From Squalus acanthias (lineage: Eukaryota): a DNA stretch of 64,000 bases. The stretch lies in contig CM059432.1 of the NCBI GenBank assembly GCA_030390025.1, positions 51,090,001-51,154,000 of the forward strand, read 5' to 3'. Shown here piece by piece: positions 62,203 to 64,000 of the stretch (the first letter of the stretch is position 1; the number at the start of each line of letters is the position of its first letter). The notes under the pieces are model-generated. The model worked only from the letters and a program-made list of their open reading frames with translations, was not told the DNA's origin and did no database searches. The position numbers were made by a program, and so were the translations under genes.

Positions 62203-64000
62203 ACATAAGAACATAAGAACATAAGAAATAGGAGCAGGAGTAAGCCAAACGGCCCCTCGAGCCTGCTCCGCCATTCAATAAGATCATGGCTGATCTGATC
62301 CTAACCGCCAATCTACTATCTATCACAGAACCATCTCCTGCATCTAACAGAATTGCACACACGAAATAGGAGCAGAATCAGGCTACACAGTCCCTGGGCC
62401 CGCTCCACTACCCACAGGGCCATGACCGATCCGAACCTAGACTCATGTCCAAATTCCTGCCCGCTCCCCGTAACCCTTAATGCCCTTTACTTCTAGGAAA
62501 CTGTCTATTTCTGTTTTAAATTTAATTAATGTTGTAGCTTCTACAGCTTTTTGTGGCAGCATATTCCATGGACCTACCACCCTCTGAGTGAAGTAGTTCC
62601 TCCTCATCTCAGTTTTGAAAGAGCAGCCCCTTATTCTAAGACTATGTCCCCTAGTTCTCGTCTCACCCGTCATCGGGAACATCCTCCCCGCATCCACCCG
62701 ATCCAACCCCTTCACAATCTTATATGTTTCAATAAGATCGCCTCTCATTCTTCTGAACTCCAATGAGTAGAGTCCCAATCTACCCAACCTCTCCTCATAT
62801 GACCACCCCCTCATCCCCGGGATTAACCGAGTGAACCTTTTTTGCACTGCCTCGAGAGCAAGGATGTCTTTCCTTAAGTAAGGACACCAAAACTGTATGC
62901 AGTATTCCAGGTGCGGTCTCACCAATACCTTGTACAACTGAAGCAATACCTCCCTATTTTTATATTCTATCCCCCTAGCAATGAAAGCCAACATTCCATT
63001 TGCCTTCTTAATCACTTGCTGCACCTGCATACTAACCTTTTGAGTTTCGTGCACCAGGACCCCCAGATCCCTTTGCACTTCAGTACTCTCCAGTTTCTTG
63101 CCATTAAGATAATAAATTGCTCTAGGATTTTTCCTGCCAAAGTGCATCACCTCACACTTTCCAGTGTTGTATTCCATCTGCCAAATCTCTGCCCACTTAC
63201 TTAGCCTGTCTATGTCCCCTTGCAGGTTTTTTATGTCCTCCTCACTCACTACTTTCCCTCCCATCTTAGTATCATCTGCAAATTTTGATATGTTACACTT
63301 GGTCCCTTCCTCCAAATCGTTAATATAGATTGTGAAGAGTTGGGGACCCAGCACTGACCCCTGTGGAACACCACTAGTTACTGATTGCCAGTCTGAGAAT
63401 GAACCATTTATCCCAACTCTTTGCTTTCTGTTAGATAGCCAATCCTCTATCCATGCCAGAATATTACCCCCAATCCCGTGATTTTTTACCTTAAGCAATA
63501 ATCTTTTGTGTGGCACCTTGTCAAATGCCTTTTGGAAGTCTAAATACACTACGTCCACTGGTTCCCCTTTATCCACTCTATATGTTACTTCCTCAAAGAA
63601 CTCCAGCAAATTTGTCAAACATGACTTCCCCTTCGTAAAACCATGCTGACTTTGTCCTATTAAATTATGATTATCCAAATGTCCTGTTACTGTTTCCTTA
63701 ATAATGGACTCCAAAATTTTACCTACCACAGATGTTAGGCTAACCGGTCTATAGTTACCAGCCTTCTGTCTACTGCCCTTTTTAAATAAGGGTGTTACAT
63801 TAGCAGTTTTCCAGTCTGCCGGGACCTTAGCGGAATCCAGGGAGTTTTGAAAAATTATTACCAATGCATCTACAATCCCTACCGCCACTTCCTTCAAGAC
63901 TCTAGGATGTAAGCCATCAGGTCCAGGTGATTTATCCGCCTTGAGTCCCATTATTTTACCGAGTACCACTTCCTTAGTGATTTTGATCGTGTTTAGCTCC
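62203..64000 (-). mobile_element. Young CR1 LINE with an uninterrupted RT ORF (62443 to at least 63969), running off the window
   Basis: 508 aa with no stops and all RT motifs; (TAAGAACA)n tail. Confidence 0.96.

Overview
Vertebrate genomic DNA that is almost entirely nested transposable elements; the mix of CR1, L2, Penelope, Deu-type SINE and PIF/Harbinger suggests a cartilaginous fish (inference only). The dominant system is a radiation of PIF/Harbinger DNA transposons. Five large copies (A-E) carry a spliced three-exon Myb/SANT-like gene with a variable heptad coiled coil, facing a convergent HARBI1-type nuclease gene that is deleted or truncated in every copy. Several 0.7-0.9 kb non-autonomous derivatives are rich in splice donors and hairpins. 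Eight insertions have a 3-bp WNW duplication, mostly in an AC-WNW-G(T/C) context. The only host-like coding sequence I found is one 131-nt minus-strand exon (27842-27972) matching the start of the TMPRSS7/matriptase-3 SEA domain. It lies between a perfect 13-bp hAT-type TIR pair beside a CpG-rich segment, and I saw no neighbouring TMPRSS7 exons, so it may be a transposon-captured exon. Also present are Penelope pLTRs with a minimal hammerhead ribozyme core, an ERV 5' LTR with PBS, a 15-bp minisatellite inside a nuclease ORF, and a rearrangement at a Harbinger end. All calls are by eye, without database searches; boundaries marked ~ are approximate.
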